This document shows positions 21,381 through 30,533 of a stretch of 64,000 nt of DNA, piece after piece. The stretch is from Planctomycetota bacterium (GTDB lineage: Bacteria > Planctomycetota > GCA-002687715 > CAIWVZ01): contig JBGANV010000006.1 in the NCBI GenBank assembly GCA_044222185.1, positions 256,001 to 320,000 of the forward strand, given 5' to 3'. The notes under the pieces were generated by a model. The model was not told the origin of the DNA. It saw nothing but the letters and a program-made list of their open reading frames with translations, and ran no database searches. How positions within the stretch are numbered: the first letter of the stretch is position 1; each line of letters starts with the position of its first letter. The position numbers were made by a program, and so were the translations under genes.

Positions 21381-21401
21381 GTCGACGGCGCTGCCGTCGG
21401 C
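21381..21401 (+). terminator. GC-rich hairpin after the secreted paralogue pair
   Basis: CGACGGC-GCT-GCCGTCG stem, extendable by T-G and G-C pairs; no U-tract. Confidence 0.35.
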
Positions 21402-21652
21402 CTGGGCTCGGGCGCGCGCGTTCGCCGCGCCGCCGGCCCATCGAACGACCGCGGGCGACGGGTCGATCTCATCGACGCGTCTTCGCGGTAAGCGCATGCG
21501 ATACCGGGATGGGTGTCGCGACTGTGGTCGAGAAGCGTGTTCTTGCCTCAGTGAACCTCCTGACGGCCGTGACGGCGTGTTGCCGGCGCGGCCGTCGCCT
21601 TTCGATGGAGGTTCGTTCCGCGAGCGTGTGCGGCGCCCGAACTCCGCCGCGG

Positions 21653-22225
21653 TCACTCCGCGGGATCTTCTTCCTTCACCGGCATCACGACGACGACTCC
21701 GACGACGCGGTCGTACCACGTCTGCGCGAGCCGCGAGCGGTTCATGTCCAGCGTGACGAGCAAGGGGACGACGATCACCGCATACTCCGTCGTCATTGCG
21801 ACCACGAGATGTGCGACGCGGAGAAGCTCGCGCCCGAGCGCCGCTCGGTATCGGGGGAAATCGCCCGTCCCGACCTCGCGGACCGACAAGTGGAACATCG
21901 CCTTGCCGGGGGTCGAGCCGTGACGCGCGACCTGCGCCGCGAAGGCGAAGGGAACCAGGAGAACGGTGACGGCTGCCGCCAGGAGCCCGGGCACGAGTTC
22001 CACGGGGACCTGGGGCGTTTCATCCGCCGCCAGCGGGCGATCGTCGTCCGTCGCAGGCGGATCGGTGAGGAGGCTGCGGATCTGCGGCAGCCCGCGGCCG
22101 GACACGAGCATGAGAGCCAGCAGGGCGGCACAGAGCAGCAGCGTTCCGTCGATGGCGAGGGCCATCAAGCGGGGGATCGGGCCGGCGGGCCTGACCTGCG
22201 TCGAGGTTGTGGAGGATGCGTTCAA
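21653..22225 (-). CDS. RDD family membrane protein
   Basis: AGPIPRLMALAID, GSTPGKAMFHLSV, ALGRE, QTWYDRVVGVVVV. Overlaps the ispH stop. Confidence 0.85.
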   Translation of the reverse strand: MNASSTTSTQVRPAGPIPRLMALAIDGTLLLCAALLALMLVSGRGLPQIRSLLTDPPATDDDRPLAADETPQVPVELVPGLLAAAVTVLLVPFAFAAQVARHGSTPGKAMFHLSVREVGTGDFPRYRAALGRELLRVAHLVVAMTTEYAVIVVPLLVTLDMNRSRLAQTWYDRVVGVVVVMPVKEEDPAE

Positions 22226-23157
22226 GCGTGGGCGTCGGCGAGTTCCGAGGGAAGTGGGAAGTGCACGTTTTCCTCGATCACGACGCGTTCTTCAACGTCG
22301 TCCACACCAAACCGCGCTCGTAGCTCGTCGACGACTCCCGCCACGAGATGCTCTGGGGCCGACGCCCCGGACGAGACGCCGACGCACCCCACGTCGGAGA
22401 ACCAGCGGGCGTCGATCGCCGTGCGATCCTCGATGAGGTAGGCGCGAGCGCCCGCGGCGGCGGCGACCTCTTGCAGGCGCCTGCTGTTCGAGCTGTTCGC
22501 CGAACCGATCACGAGGATCACCTGTGCCTCCTGCGCGAGCAGGCGCACGGCGGCCTGTCGGTTCTGCGTCGCGTAGCAGATGTCGTCACTGGCGGGGACG
22601 CGCGCCGATGGGAAACGTCGCCGGATCGCGTCGATCACGACGGCCGCTTCGTCCACCGAAAGCGTCGTCTGCGTCGCGATCGCCAACGGCGTGTCCGCGG
22701 GCAGCTGAAGTCGATCCACGTCCGCCACGTTGGAGACGACCAGCGTGTCGTTCGGGGCCTCGCCGACGACGCCCTCGACTTCCTCGTGGCCGTCGTGACC
22801 GATGAGCAGGATCGTGAACCGATCACGGGCGAAGCGCTGGACTTCCAGGTGAACCTTCGTGACGAGCGGGCACGTGGCGTCGATCACGCGCAAGCCGCGC
22901 ACCTCGGCCTCGGCGCGGACCGCAGGAGCGACTCCGTGCGCGGCGAACACCGTCACGGAGCCGGGCGGGATCTCATCCAGCCCGTCGACGAACACGGCGC
23001 CGGCCTGGGCGAGTTCAGCGACGACGGCGCGGTTGTGCACGATCTCCTTCCGCACGTAGACCGGCGGCCCGAAGCGGTCGAGCGTTCGCCTGACGATTTC
23101 GACGGCGCGCTCGACGCCAGCGCAGAACCCGCGCGGTCTTGCCAGCAGGATCTTCAT
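22222..23157 (-). CDS. ispH: 4-hydroxy-3-methylbut-2-enyl diphosphate reductase
   Basis: PRGFCAGVERA, EIVHN, DATCPLVTKVH, QTTLS, ICYATQNRQ, SSNS, SGASAPE. Confidence 0.97.
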   Translation of the reverse strand: MKILLARPRGFCAGVERAVEIVRRTLDRFGPPVYVRKEIVHNRAVVAELAQAGAVFVDGLDEIPPGSVTVFAAHGVAPAVRAEAEVRGLRVIDATCPLVTKVHLEVQRFARDRFTILLIGHDGHEEVEGVVGEAPNDTLVVSNVADVDRLQLPADTPLAIATQTTLSVDEAAVVIDAIRRRFPSARVPASDDICYATQNRQAAVRLLAQEAQVILVIGSANSSNSRRLQEVAAAAGARAYLIEDRTAIDARWFSDVGCVGVSSGASAPEHLVAGVVDELRARFGVDDVEERVVIEENVHFPLPSELADAHA

Positions 23158-23316
23158 CTTCGGTGGCGGGCGCCAGCCGTTACGGGTGATCCCTCATCCG
23201 GGCATCCTGGGGGAGTCGTCAGACGGCCCGCCGTGCCGTGTGCGACCTCGACGGCTTGACGGACGCCGTTCGGGGCGGACGATGGGGAGCGAAACGCGCT
23301 TTGCGGAAGAAGAGCC

Positions 23317-24495
23317 ATGGAACATCGATTTCGATACGGCGTCATCGGCGCTGGCATGCAGGGATGCGCAGCAGGGTACGACCTCCTCGTGAACGGGGAG
23401 GGCGTCGAGGTGTCGTTCTTCGATCGGGATCGTGCGGTTGCTGAAGCGGCGGCGCGACGCGTCAATACACTCATCGGTCAGGAACGCGCTCGCGGTTTAG
23501 CCGTCGATGGGCAGGATGAGGCGGGGCTGGCTCGCGCGTTCGCGGGGTTGAGCGGCGTGCTCTCCGCGGTGCCCTACCACCTGAATCCGACCGTGGCTCG
23601 TGCGTCCATCGCGGCTGGAGCCTGCTTCAACGATCTGGGAGGGAACACCGCCATCGTCCGCGAGGAGCTTGCTCTCGACGCGGCGGCGCGCGCGAAGGGA
23701 GTGAGCGTCGTTCCGGACTGCGGACTCGCTCCGGGGCTCGGGAACACGCTGGCGGCGTGGCTCATCGAGACGATGGACGACCCCGTTCACGTTCACATTC
23801 GCTGTGGCGGACTGCCGCAGTCGCCCCGACCGCCACTGGGTTACAAGCTCGTCTTCAACATCGGCGGTCTGACGAACGAGTACATGGGCGAGGCCGAGTT
23901 CCTCCGTGACGGGCGACTCGTCCGCGTACCGACGCTGTCGGAAGGGGAGGTCATCTCGTTCCCGGCTCCCGTCGGTCAGGCGGAAGCCTGGGTCACCTCC
24001 GGCGGTACCTCGACCGCACCCGCCACGTTCGCGGGCCGCCTGCAAACGTACGACTACAAGACGGTGCGGTACCCGGGGCATTTCGACCGCATCAAGACCA
24101 TGGCGGATCTGGGCCTCCTGGATACGGCGCCCGTGGTGGTACGGGGGCAGCCCGTCGTTCCGCGGGAACTCTTCCACGCGGTGGCCGGATCGAAACTGTC
24201 CTTTCCCGACGATCGCGACCTGGTCGTCATGCGCGTCACGTGCATCGGCCGGCACGCAGGTCGTGCCGTCCGTCGCACCGTCGACCTTCTCGACTTCCAC
24301 GACGAGCGAACGGGATTCACGGCGATGGAGCGGACGACGGCATTTCCGGCCGCCGCAGTCCTGCACTTCCAGGTCTCGAAGCGCGTCCGGCCGGGTGCGA
24401 CGACCCCCGAGCGCGACCTGCCGTTCGACGAGTACGTGGACGCCGTCCGTGCACGGGGGCTGTCCCTGGAGGAGACGGTCGTCGAGGGAGCTTGA
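23317..24495 (+). CDS. Saccharopine dehydrogenase family protein (lysine 6-dehydrogenase-like)
   Basis: VIGAGMQG, DLGGN, DCGLAPGL, CGGLPQ, GLTNEY, TSGG, YKTVRYPGH, TAMERTTAFP. Confidence 0.88.
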   Translation: MEHRFRYGVIGAGMQGCAAGYDLLVNGEGVEVSFFDRDRAVAEAAARRVNTLIGQERARGLAVDGQDEAGLARAFAGLSGVLSAVPYHLNPTVARASIAAGACFNDLGGNTAIVREELALDAAARAKGVSVVPDCGLAPGLGNTLAAWLIETMDDPVHVHIRCGGLPQSPRPPLGYKLVFNIGGLTNEYMGEAEFLRDGRLVRVPTLSEGEVISFPAPVGQAEAWVTSGGTSTAPATFAGRLQTYDYKTVRYPGHFDRIKTMADLGLLDTAPVVVRGQPVVPRELFHAVAGSKLSFPDDRDLVVMRVTCIGRHAGRAVRRTVDLLDFHDERTGFTAMERTTAFPAAAVLHFQVSKRVRPGATTPERDLPFDEYVDAVRARGLSLEETVVEGA

Positions 24496-24501
24496 CCGCC
24501 G

Positions 24502-25908
24502 TCAGGGCGTCGCGAGGGCGGCTGCGATCGCGCGCGTGAACGACGCCAACGACGGATCCCGCGCCCCCATGACGAGCACGCAATCGCCCGGACGTGCGTC
24601 CCGGCGCAGGATCGGCAGCCAGTCCTCGCGCCGCGCGAGGTAGCTGGCGTTGGCGCCGAGGCGAGTGACGTCGTCACACAGGTCCCGCGAAGAGATGTCC
24701 TTCGTCGCCGTGCCGCCGGCGTAGAAGATCTCCCCGAGGAACACGTGGTCCGCCGCGCGCAGCCCCGTGGCGAACGCCTGCACGAGGTCGCGTCGCATGA
24801 AACGCGTGGGCCCGAAGCCGTGCGGCTGGAAGAACGCCAGCACGCGCTCGGACCGCAGCTGCGCCGTGGCGATGGCCGCTGCGACCTTCGCCGGGTTGTG
24901 CGCGAAATCATCGATCACGTCGATTCCACGCGGCCGGCCCACGACTTCGAATCGTCGCGCCACGCCGCGGAAGGTTGCAAGCGTCGACGCACAGGCGGGC
25001 AGGTCGGCGCCGACGGCATGGCAGGCGGCCAGCGCGGCCAGCGCGTTGAGGACGTTGTGTCGGCCCGGGATCGGCAACCTCACGTCCAGCCCCCGAACGA
25101 CGAACCGGCATTCGTCCTGGCGCAGATCCAGCCGCGTCGCCTGCCACTCGCAGCGTTCGCCGAAGCCGAACGTCACGGCGTCGGGACGTAGCTCATCCAG
25201 GTTCTGGTCCTCGCCGAGGACGCACGCTTCGCTGATCTGGCGCCGGAATCGGTGGAACACGGGCGCGATCGCCTCGGGTTCGTCGTGATCCCGCTGGAGG
25301 TTCAGGATCACCCCCACGGCCGGCCAGTAGTGGATCAGGCTCTTGTCGCTCTCATCCGCTTCGATCACGAGCGGCCCGCGTCCGGGCCAGCAGTTCCCGC
25401 GGTGGCCGCCGTCCTGGAGCGCCCGAAGCTCGCCGCCGGTGATCACGGCCGGATCCAGGCCGGCGCCCCGCAGCGCCTCGAAGATCATGGCGGTGACCGT
25501 GGACTTCCCGCTCGTGCCCGTCACGGCGATGGTCCGTCGCGCGCGCACGTGACCGGCGAGGAGTTCGGAACGGTGCGCGATCGGGACTCCTCGATCGATG
25601 GCGCGCGCGACGTCGGCGATCGTGGGCTCGACCGCGGTGGACACGACCACCAGATCGGCGCCATCGACGCCCGAGCCATCCTGCGGGTGGATCCGGACCC
25701 CGAGGGACTCACACCGCAGCTGCTCGTCGCTGCCCGAGGATCGATCGAAGCTGCGGTCGCTGCCGGACGTGGCGCCCCCGGTCATGGCGCGGAGATGCGC
25801 GAGCGCGCTCATGCCGGCGCCGCCGACCCCGACGAAGTGAACCCGAAGAGTCGGCTCGCGAAGCACGCGATCGACGAGGAGGGTGCTGGCCTGGATCGGG
25901 TCCGACAT
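24502..25908 (-). CDS. MurC/Mpl-like UDP-N-acetylmuramate ligase
   Basis: HFVGVGGAGMSALA, SGSD, AVTGTSGKSTVT, IEADESD, PGRHNVLNA, GVARRFE, DDFAHNP, FQPH. The longer ORF-track start overlaps other genes. Confidence 0.88.
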   Translation of the reverse strand: MSDPIQASTLLVDRVLREPTLRVHFVGVGGAGMSALAHLRAMTGGATSGSDRSFDRSSGSDEQLRCESLGVRIHPQDGSGVDGADLVVVSTAVEPTIADVARAIDRGVPIAHRSELLAGHVRARRTIAVTGTSGKSTVTAMIFEALRGAGLDPAVITGGELRALQDGGHRGNCWPGRGPLVIEADESDKSLIHYWPAVGVILNLQRDHDEPEAIAPVFHRFRRQISEACVLGEDQNLDELRPDAVTFGFGERCEWQATRLDLRQDECRFVVRGLDVRLPIPGRHNVLNALAALAACHAVGADLPACASTLATFRGVARRFEVVGRPRGIDVIDDFAHNPAKVAAAIATAQLRSERVLAFFQPHGFGPTRFMRRDLVQAFATGLRAADHVFLGEIFYAGGTATKDISSRDLCDDVTRLGANASYLARREDWLPILRRDARPGDCVLVMGARDPSLASFTRAIAAALATP

Positions 25909-26085
25909 GGGCCGTCCATTGTTGCGGATGTACGTTCCGACCCCAACGATGGGTGGCTGTTGTATCCGCGTGACTGAGACCGAGGGTGATTCGACGGAGC
26001 GAGGCTCTGCGGCAATCGCACCCTTGATCGCGTGACGGCGGCGAGCGACGATGCGCCCCCACGTTTTCGTGAGATCACCCATTTC

Positions 26086-26877
26086 GTGACGTCTTCGCTG
26101 CGCATTCTGGTCCCCCTTCCCGAGTGCAAGGCGCCCGGCGGTCGTGACGGCTGCACGCTGCAAACGCGCCGCGGTGCACTGCGCAGCCGACATGCCCGGG
26201 TTGCCGTGCATCGATCCAAGGCCGTTTCTGCGTTTCGGGCCGCGATGAACGGGCCCCAGGCACTGAAGGTCCTCTGTTTGTCGGGCGCCCCGTTCCAGGC
26301 CGCGCTCCGCATCAATCGGGACTTCGACCGCTGCAACCTCGCGACGGCGCTCGAACGGAACTCCGCGTCGTTCTGCGACGTTCTCGCCGTCGACACCTTG
26401 GCGGCGGAGGCGCGGCGGCGCCTCGAGCGCCAGCTCCTGTTCATCTGTCCGCTCCTCGGGCTCGTCGGTCCGTCCGACCTCGTTCCCGATTACCGCTGCC
26501 CGATCGGGGCGCGCCTCCCGGGCGTGGGGTCGCTGCACAAGTTCTGGAAACAGCCGATGACGGAGACGCTCAATCGGCTGTGTCGCGACCGCATCGTGGT
26601 CTCGTTCCTCCCGGCCCGCCTGCGCGCGCTGTGGGAGCCCGATGGCCGGTGCCTCCAGATCGTCACCATGCGCTTCTACCGCCACGACTCCGAGAACGTC
26701 GTCGGCGAGACCGCGGCCGTGCCGCGGCTGACGGCGGAGGCGGTGAAGTTCATCACCGAGCAGGACGCGCGGACCATCGCCGACCTGACACGCTTCCATT
26801 CGTCGGATGGCCACTCCTACTGCGCCGCGCACAGCGAGACGTCGGACGAGGTCCGGCATCTGAGCTTCGTACGATGA
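26086..26877 (+). CDS. Peroxide-stress protein YaaA/DUF328-like (divergent)
   Basis: ILVPLPECKAPGG, PLLGLVGPSDLVPDYR, LHKFW, F.S.DG.SY..AHS...L.FVR. Start uncertain (26032 possible). Confidence 0.7.
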   Translation: MTSSLRILVPLPECKAPGGRDGCTLQTRRGALRSRHARVAVHRSKAVSAFRAAMNGPQALKVLCLSGAPFQAALRINRDFDRCNLATALERNSASFCDVLAVDTLAAEARRRLERQLLFICPLLGLVGPSDLVPDYRCPIGARLPGVGSLHKFWKQPMTETLNRLCRDRIVVSFLPARLRALWEPDGRCLQIVTMRFYRHDSENVVGETAAVPRLTAEAVKFITEQDARTIADLTRFHSSDGHSYCAAHSETSDEVRHLSFVR

Positions 26878-26881
26878 CCTG

Positions 26882-27526
26882 ATGGCTGTCGACGTCCTCT
26901 TCGAAGACGACGCGCTCGTCGTGATCAGCAAGCCGTCCGGCATGCTGTCGGTCCCCTCGCCGGGCGCTACGGGAACCACCGTGACGCAAGCCCTCGCGTC
27001 ATTGGGAATCCGCGCCCGGCCGGTCCATCGCCTCGATCGCGACGTCTCCGGTGCCATGCTGCTCGCCAAGACCGATGCCGTCGGTGCCCGTCTGGAGGAG
27101 GCGTTTCGCGCGCGCGCCGTGACCAAGACTTACTGGGCCCTCGTGCAGGGGCGGTTGCGCCCCCCCGGCGGGACGTTCAATTACCCGATCCTGGACGAGG
27201 GATCCCACGCGCGCGTGTCACCGCGCGGGAAACCGGCGACGACACGCTTCCGCGTCGTTCACACCTATCGCACGACGACGGAGGTCGAGATCGACCTGCT
27301 CACGGGCCGCTACAACCAGATCCGTCTTCATTTCGCTCACGCCGGGTTCCCGTTGGTAGGCGAGCGAAAGTATGCGTTCGGGCGCGGCGCACCGCTGAAG
27401 TTCAAGCGGGTGGCGCTCCACTCGATCGGCCTCGAATTCACGCATCCGCTGACGGGCGCGAAGATGTCGTTTGCGGCACCTCTCCCGGCGGATCTGGCCG
27501 AGCTGCGCGAGCGCGCAGCACTCTGA
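26882..27526 (+). CDS. RluA family RNA pseudouridine synthase
   Basis: VISKPSGMLS, VHRLDRDVSG, KTYWALV, TGRYNQIRLH, G.PLVGE.KY. Confidence 0.93.
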   Translation: MAVDVLFEDDALVVISKPSGMLSVPSPGATGTTVTQALASLGIRARPVHRLDRDVSGAMLLAKTDAVGARLEEAFRARAVTKTYWALVQGRLRPPGGTFNYPILDEGSHARVSPRGKPATTRFRVVHTYRTTTEVEIDLLTGRYNQIRLHFAHAGFPLVGERKYAFGRGAPLKFKRVALHSIGLEFTHPLTGAKMSFAAPLPADLAELRERAAL

Positions 27527-27540
27527 AGGATCTGGCCGGG

Positions 27541-29718
27541 CTACCGGGCCCCGCGACGGAACTGGCGATATCCGACGGTGCGCGGCGCGGGTGATTCGCT
27601 CCTGGCCGGCTTCTTCCCCACGCTCGACGCAGGCTTGGACATCTCGTCTTCCGCAGGCAGCGTCTGCTCGCGGTCGCGGTATCCCGTGAACGCATCCCAG
27701 TCCGCGGTGCGGCCCGCCGGCCCCGCCGCAGGCGCGCGTCCGAGGGACTCGCCACGTTGCGCGCGGTCCTGTGGACGCTGACCCTTCTCGTGCGTGAACT
27801 TTCCGAAGTCGGAGTTGGCCCGCGCCCGGCGGGCCTGTACGGCCTCGGCCGGTGCAGTGGCCGGAATGAGCGCGTCGCACCCGTTCCCGATCAAGTCGGG
27901 GCGCCCCGCGAGCTCCAGCGCCTGGCGAACCTCGAAGTAATTCTCCGGCTTGAAGAACTGCATGAGCGCGCGCTGCATGCGGCGATCGCGCAAGTTGCGC
28001 GCGACTGCCACGGGCTCGAGCGTGTGCGGATCGAGGCCCGTGTAGTACATGGCCGTCGCCAGGTCCATGGGAGATGGGATGAAGTCCTGGACCTGGCGTG
28101 GCCGGTAGCCGTTGCGTTTGAGGAATACGGCCAGCTCGATCATCGCGGCGAGGTCCGAGCCCGGGTGGCTCGCGATGAAATAGGGGACGAGATACTGCTC
28201 GCGGCCCGCGCGGGCGCTCGCCGCCTCGAAGGCCTCGGAGAACGCTTCGAAGTCCGACTGCGCCGGCTTCTTCATCCGCTTCAGCACTTCCGCGGAGACG
28301 TGCTCCGGCGCGACCTTCAGATGTCCGCCGACGTGGTGGCGGACGAGCTCGTCGAGGTACTCGGGAGAGCGTCGCGCGAGGTCCATCCGGACTCCGCTGG
28401 CGATGTTCACCTTCTTCACGCCGGCTGCATTGCGGGCGCGGCGCATGAGGTCGATCAGTGGCCCGTGATCCGTGCCGAGCAGCTTGCAGACCGTCGGGTA
28501 GACGCAGGACAGGCGCCGGCATTTCGCCTCGACCTCCGGCCTGGTGCAGCGGAGCTTGTACATGTTCGCCGTCGGGCCGCCGAGGTCCGAGACGACGCCG
28601 GTGTATCCGGGTTCGCCGTCCAGGGACTCGATCTCCCGAATGATCGAATCCTCCGAGCGCCACTGGATCGTCCGTCCCTGATGGGTCGTGATCGAGCAGA
28701 AGGTGCAGCCAGCGAAACACCCTCGCATGATCGTCACGCTGCTGCGCATCATCTCCTCGGCGGGGATCGGCTTCGGATAGCCGGGATGAGCGCGGCGCAC
28801 GTAGGGCAGGTCGTAGATCCGGTCCATCTCCGGTACCGAGAGTGGAAGCACCGGAGGGTTCTGCACGACCCGACGGTCACCGTGCCTCTGCACGATGCGG
28901 CGGGCGTTGAACGGGTTCGATTCGACGTGCATCGCCATCGTCGCCTTCGCGAACGTGGTCTTGTCCGCCTTCATCTCCTCGAAAGACGGGATCTCCCGCG
29001 TGTCGTCGGGCGGCGTCCCGGAGGCACGCATGCCGCGGGTGAACGGCGGAACGGTCTCGGATCTGCCGAGCAGGTAGGCGACGCCGCGCATGTCCCGGAG
29101 GTCCTTCGCCGTTTCGCCGGACGCGAGTCGCAGCGCGATCTCGACGATCGGCTTCTCACCCATGCCGAAGACGAGGAGGTCGGCCTTGCTGGACACCAGG
29201 ATCGACGGACGGACCGTGTCGCTCCAGTAGTCGTAGTGAGCGAATCGGCGGAGCGAGGCCTCGACGCCGCCGACGACGACGGGGACGTCGGGGAAGGCCT
29301 CGCCGCATCGCTGCGCGTACACCGCGGTGGCACGGTCTGGGCGTTTCCCTGCCTCACCGCCTGGCGAGTACGCGTCGTCCGAACGCGGGCGCCGATTGGC
29401 GGTGTAGTGGTTGATCATCGAGTCCATGTTCCCGGCGGAAACTCCGAAGAAGAGCCGTGGACGTCCGAACGCGCGGAATGCGTCGGCACTCCTCCAGTCG
29501 GGCTGGGAGAGGATTGCGACGCGGAATCCGTGCGACTCGAGGACCCGCCCCAGGATCGCCATGGCGAACGATGGGTGGTCGATGTACGCGTCCCCGGTGA
29601 CGATCAGCACGTCGATTGCATCCCATCCGCGAGCCTCGACTTCGCGAGGAGTCATGGGAAGGAACCGAGCGAGCGGATCAGACTCGACGGACGGTGAGTT
29701 GCGCTTTCGTGAGGACAC
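27541..29718 (-). CDS. YgiQ (UPF0313) family radical SAM protein
   Basis: TGDAYIDHPSF, AGNMDSMINHYT, GGVEASLRR..HYDYWSD, RGCFAGCTFCSI (CxxxCxxC), DLGGPTANMY, PYFIASHPG. GTG start 9 nt after TGnTACGAT. Confidence 0.93.
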   Translation of the reverse strand: MSSRKRNSPSVESDPLARFLPMTPREVEARGWDAIDVLIVTGDAYIDHPSFAMAILGRVLESHGFRVAILSQPDWRSADAFRAFGRPRLFFGVSAGNMDSMINHYTANRRPRSDDAYSPGGEAGKRPDRATAVYAQRCGEAFPDVPVVVGGVEASLRRFAHYDYWSDTVRPSILVSSKADLLVFGMGEKPIVEIALRLASGETAKDLRDMRGVAYLLGRSETVPPFTRGMRASGTPPDDTREIPSFEEMKADKTTFAKATMAMHVESNPFNARRIVQRHGDRRVVQNPPVLPLSVPEMDRIYDLPYVRRAHPGYPKPIPAEEMMRSSVTIMRGCFAGCTFCSITTHQGRTIQWRSEDSIIREIESLDGEPGYTGVVSDLGGPTANMYKLRCTRPEVEAKCRRLSCVYPTVCKLLGTDHGPLIDLMRRARNAAGVKKVNIASGVRMDLARRSPEYLDELVRHHVGGHLKVAPEHVSAEVLKRMKKPAQSDFEAFSEAFEAASARAGREQYLVPYFIASHPGSDLAAMIELAVFLKRNGYRPRQVQDFIPSPMDLATAMYYTGLDPHTLEPVAVARNLRDRRMQRALMQFFKPENYFEVRQALELAGRPDLIGNGCDALIPATAPAEAVQARRARANSDFGKFTHEKGQRPQDRAQRGESLGRAPAAGPAGRTADWDAFTGYRDREQTLPAEDEMSKPASSVGKKPARSESPAPRTVGYRQFRRGAR

Positions 29719-29770
29719 GAGGCCGCGATCGTAACAGGCGACGGTGGGCCGTGCGGCACGACGAACAGGG

Positions 29771-29819
29771 TTGACGCCACCCGGACTCGATGCATCATTC
29801 AATCAAACGTTTGTTTGAA
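29771..29819 (+). promoter_or_regulatory. Promoter and inverted-repeat operator of the TetR-efflux operon
   Basis: TTGACG at 29771; TTCAATCAAAC/GTTTGTTTGAA (29798-29819) is an 11+11 palindrome with one mismatch, directly before the ATG at 29820. Confidence 0.75.
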
Positions 29820-30533
29820 ATGAAGACCCAGAGCGACATGGCGAAGGCGCGGCGGCGGGCGCCGGGGCCCAGGAAGAACAGGATCGCGCCCGGCCCGGCC
29901 GGCGGCGAGGAGACGCGCATGCGGCTGCTCAGCTCCGGCGGGGAGCTGTTCGCGGCCCGCGGATTCGACGGCGTGTCCGTTCGCGAGATCTGCTCGCGAG
30001 CGAAAGCCAACGTCGCGGCGGTCGCCTACCACTTCGGAAACAAGGAGGGACTGTACGCCGAGGCACTCCGCCACGGAGCCGGACTGGTCCTGTCCCGAAT
30101 CCGATCGGGGACGCGATCGGTGGAGCCTGATCCGGTGCGCCGCCTGGAGCGTCACGTGACCGTCCTCGCGAACGCGCTGCTCTCGCCGGACAACCCGGCC
30201 TGGACGACGCGCCTCATGATGCGCGAGCTCGCGAGCCCGACGATGGCGCTCGGACGGATCGTCGACGAGGTCGCCCGCCCGAACTTCGACGCCGTTCGAC
30301 ATTGCATCGCCCAACTGCTCCACCGCTCGCCGGAGTCGAGGACGGTGGCCCTGCACACGTTCAGCGTCATCGGGCAGTGCCTGCACTACCGGCACACGGC
30401 TCCGGTGACCTTGGCGCTGCTCGGGTGGAAGTCCTACCCGACGGGCTTCGCCGACCAGGTCGCGGCCCACGTCGTGTCCGTCACGCTACGTGCCCTCGGA
30501 TACGCGCCGTCCGGCGGTGAGGAGGCCTCGTGA
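29820..30533 (+). CDS. TetR/AcrR family regulator with DUF1956/CerR-type C-terminus
   Basis: LFAARGFDGVSVREIC..AKANVAAVAYHFGNKEGLY HTH; LMMRELASPT, SVIGQCLHY. Confidence 0.92.
   Translation: MKTQSDMAKARRRAPGPRKNRIAPGPAGGEETRMRLLSSGGELFAARGFDGVSVREICSRAKANVAAVAYHFGNKEGLYAEALRHGAGLVLSRIRSGTRSVEPDPVRRLERHVTVLANALLSPDNPAWTTRLMMRELASPTMALGRIVDEVARPNFDAVRHCIAQLLHRSPESRTVALHTFSVIGQCLHYRHTAPVTLALLGWKSYPTGFADQVAAHVVSVTLRALGYAPSGGEEAS

Noticed and set aside
17953-21441. 601-aa and 553-aa minus-strand ORFs
   Set aside because: Antisense shadows of the secreted paralogues, expected in high-GC DNA.
25909-27126. N-terminal extension making an 874-aa MurC fusion
   Set aside because: The extension overlaps the plus-strand YaaA-like and rluA genes; MurC motifs begin after ATG 25908.
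27757-29697. 646-aa plus-strand ORF
   Set aside because: Antisense shadow of the YgiQ radical SAM gene.
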